Origin: a virus
Taxonomy: Duplodnaviria; Caudoviricetes
Direction: 5' to 3' (one strand)
Length of the DNA: 26,125 bases
Virus record (IMG/VR): IMGVR_UViG_3300025382_000784
Span: 1-26,125 of that record
Both the position numbers and the translations under genes were made by a program. This document shows, piece after piece, positions 25,314-26,125 of the stretch. Positions within the stretch are counted from its first letter, which is position 1; every line of letters starts with the position of its first letter. The notes beneath the pieces were generated by a model, which was not told the DNA's origin, made no database searches, and worked only from the letters and a program-made list of their open reading frames with translations.

Positions 25314-26125
25314 AAACTGAAACCAAAAACTTAATTAAAAAAGTAGTTTGGAATCCATGGACAGCACTAATAACACTAGCTCTTATAGTAGGCGTAAGAA
25401 TTGCTGATCCTGCATTTGTAGAAAGTGTTAGATTATTATATTTTGATAGACTAATAATAAGTCAACCTGCAAAAGATATTCCTGTTAGTGTAGTCAATAT
25501 TGACGAACCTACGCTAGATAAACTTGGACAGTTTCCATTTCCTAGAGATTATTATGCAGATATCATACAAGACTTATATCAGCATGATGCAGGCTTAGTT
25601 GTATTCAATGTGCTAATGCCAGAAAAAGATCGCTTCAAACAAGATGCTGTCTTAGGGCGTACAATGCAAGCGTTTCCTACAGTATTGCCTACTATTGCTG
25701 GACAAAAGAATAAAAATACTAGTCACGGAAGTCCTGTTCAACCAGTAGGACAAGATCCAGCTGGCAAAGTAGTTGAGTATCCTGGATTACTATCAAACAT
25801 AGAACCACAAAGTAGTGTTGCCGCAGGCATTGGTATTGTTAATACATTTCCTGAAGTAGACGGTAAAGTGCATCGGATGCCATTGGTAATCATGGTAGGA
25901 GATCAGCTGTATCCTAGCCTCGCAATAGAAACCTTACGTGTTGCGGCACAAGATACTCGCATACAAGTTAAAATAGGCGAAGCAGGTGTTGAAGCATTAC
26001 GTATTCCTAAACTAGATCGTATTAATACTGATAGTCTAAGTCGTGTGTGGATTGACTGGAGTGCAACTCCTAAAGAATACAGTTATACAGAATTACCTAA
26101 GTCATTTAACAAAGGCATTGTTATT
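25310..26125 (+). CDS. CHASE2-domain membrane sensor, probably adenylate/guanylate cyclase (runs off window end)
   Basis: Manual translation: N-terminal TM, VVNIDEPTLDKLGQFPFPR, AGLVVFNVLMPEKDR, PEVDGKVHRMPL, YPSLAIETLRV; catalytic domain not visible. Confidence 0.85.
   Translation, partial: MKTETKNLIKKVVWNPWTALITLALIVGVRIADPAFVESVRLLYFDRLIISQPAKDIPVSVVNIDEPTLDKLGQFPFPRDYYADIIQDLYQHDAGLVVFNVLMPEKDRFKQDAVLGRTMQAFPTVLPTIAGQKNKNTSHGSPVQPVGQDPAGKVVEYPGLLSNIEPQSSVAAGIGIVNTFPEVDGKVHRMPLVIMVGDQLYPSLAIETLRVAAQDTRIQVKIGEAGVEALRIPKLDRINTDSLSRVWIDWSATPKEYSYTELPKSFNKGIVI

Noticed and set aside
1-26125. Bacterial chromosome origin, tRNA/rRNA genes, integrase or transposase
   Set aside because: Host-like genes lack their usual operons and are mixed with PAAR and T4-type late promoters; no RNA gene or mobile element signature was seen

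Overview
About 26 kb of a large, AT-rich, T4-like/jumbo dsDNA bacteriophage genome. Essentially all real genes are on the + strand, tightly packed, and driven by consensus sigma70 promoters and a recurrent intergenic (TA)TAAATA late-promoter motif. Host-like genes (IscU, DnaK) look proteobacterial; the host assignment is inference. In order: class Ia ribonucleotide reductase (nrdA 3' end, a 2OG-Fe(II) oxygenase, nrdB, glutaredoxin), PAAR, Hc1-like protein, iscU/iscA, SleB-type hydrolase, a membrane/coiled-coil gene with an apparent programmed -1 frameshift at A_AAA_AAG, ribosomal protein bS21, a 3'-5' exonuclease, MazG-like protein, dnaK and a small Hsp with ROSE-like leaders, clpS-heme oxygenase-PcyX-like bilin reductase, a curli-type cluster (csgF, csgG, curlin-like, FecR-domain, large curlin-tailed protein), a candidate small RNA, a plcP/agt-like lipid remodelling pair with a putative Pho box, a BPL_N/GATase-like gene and the start of a CHASE2 sensor gene. 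All calls come from motif recognition by eye; no searches were run.
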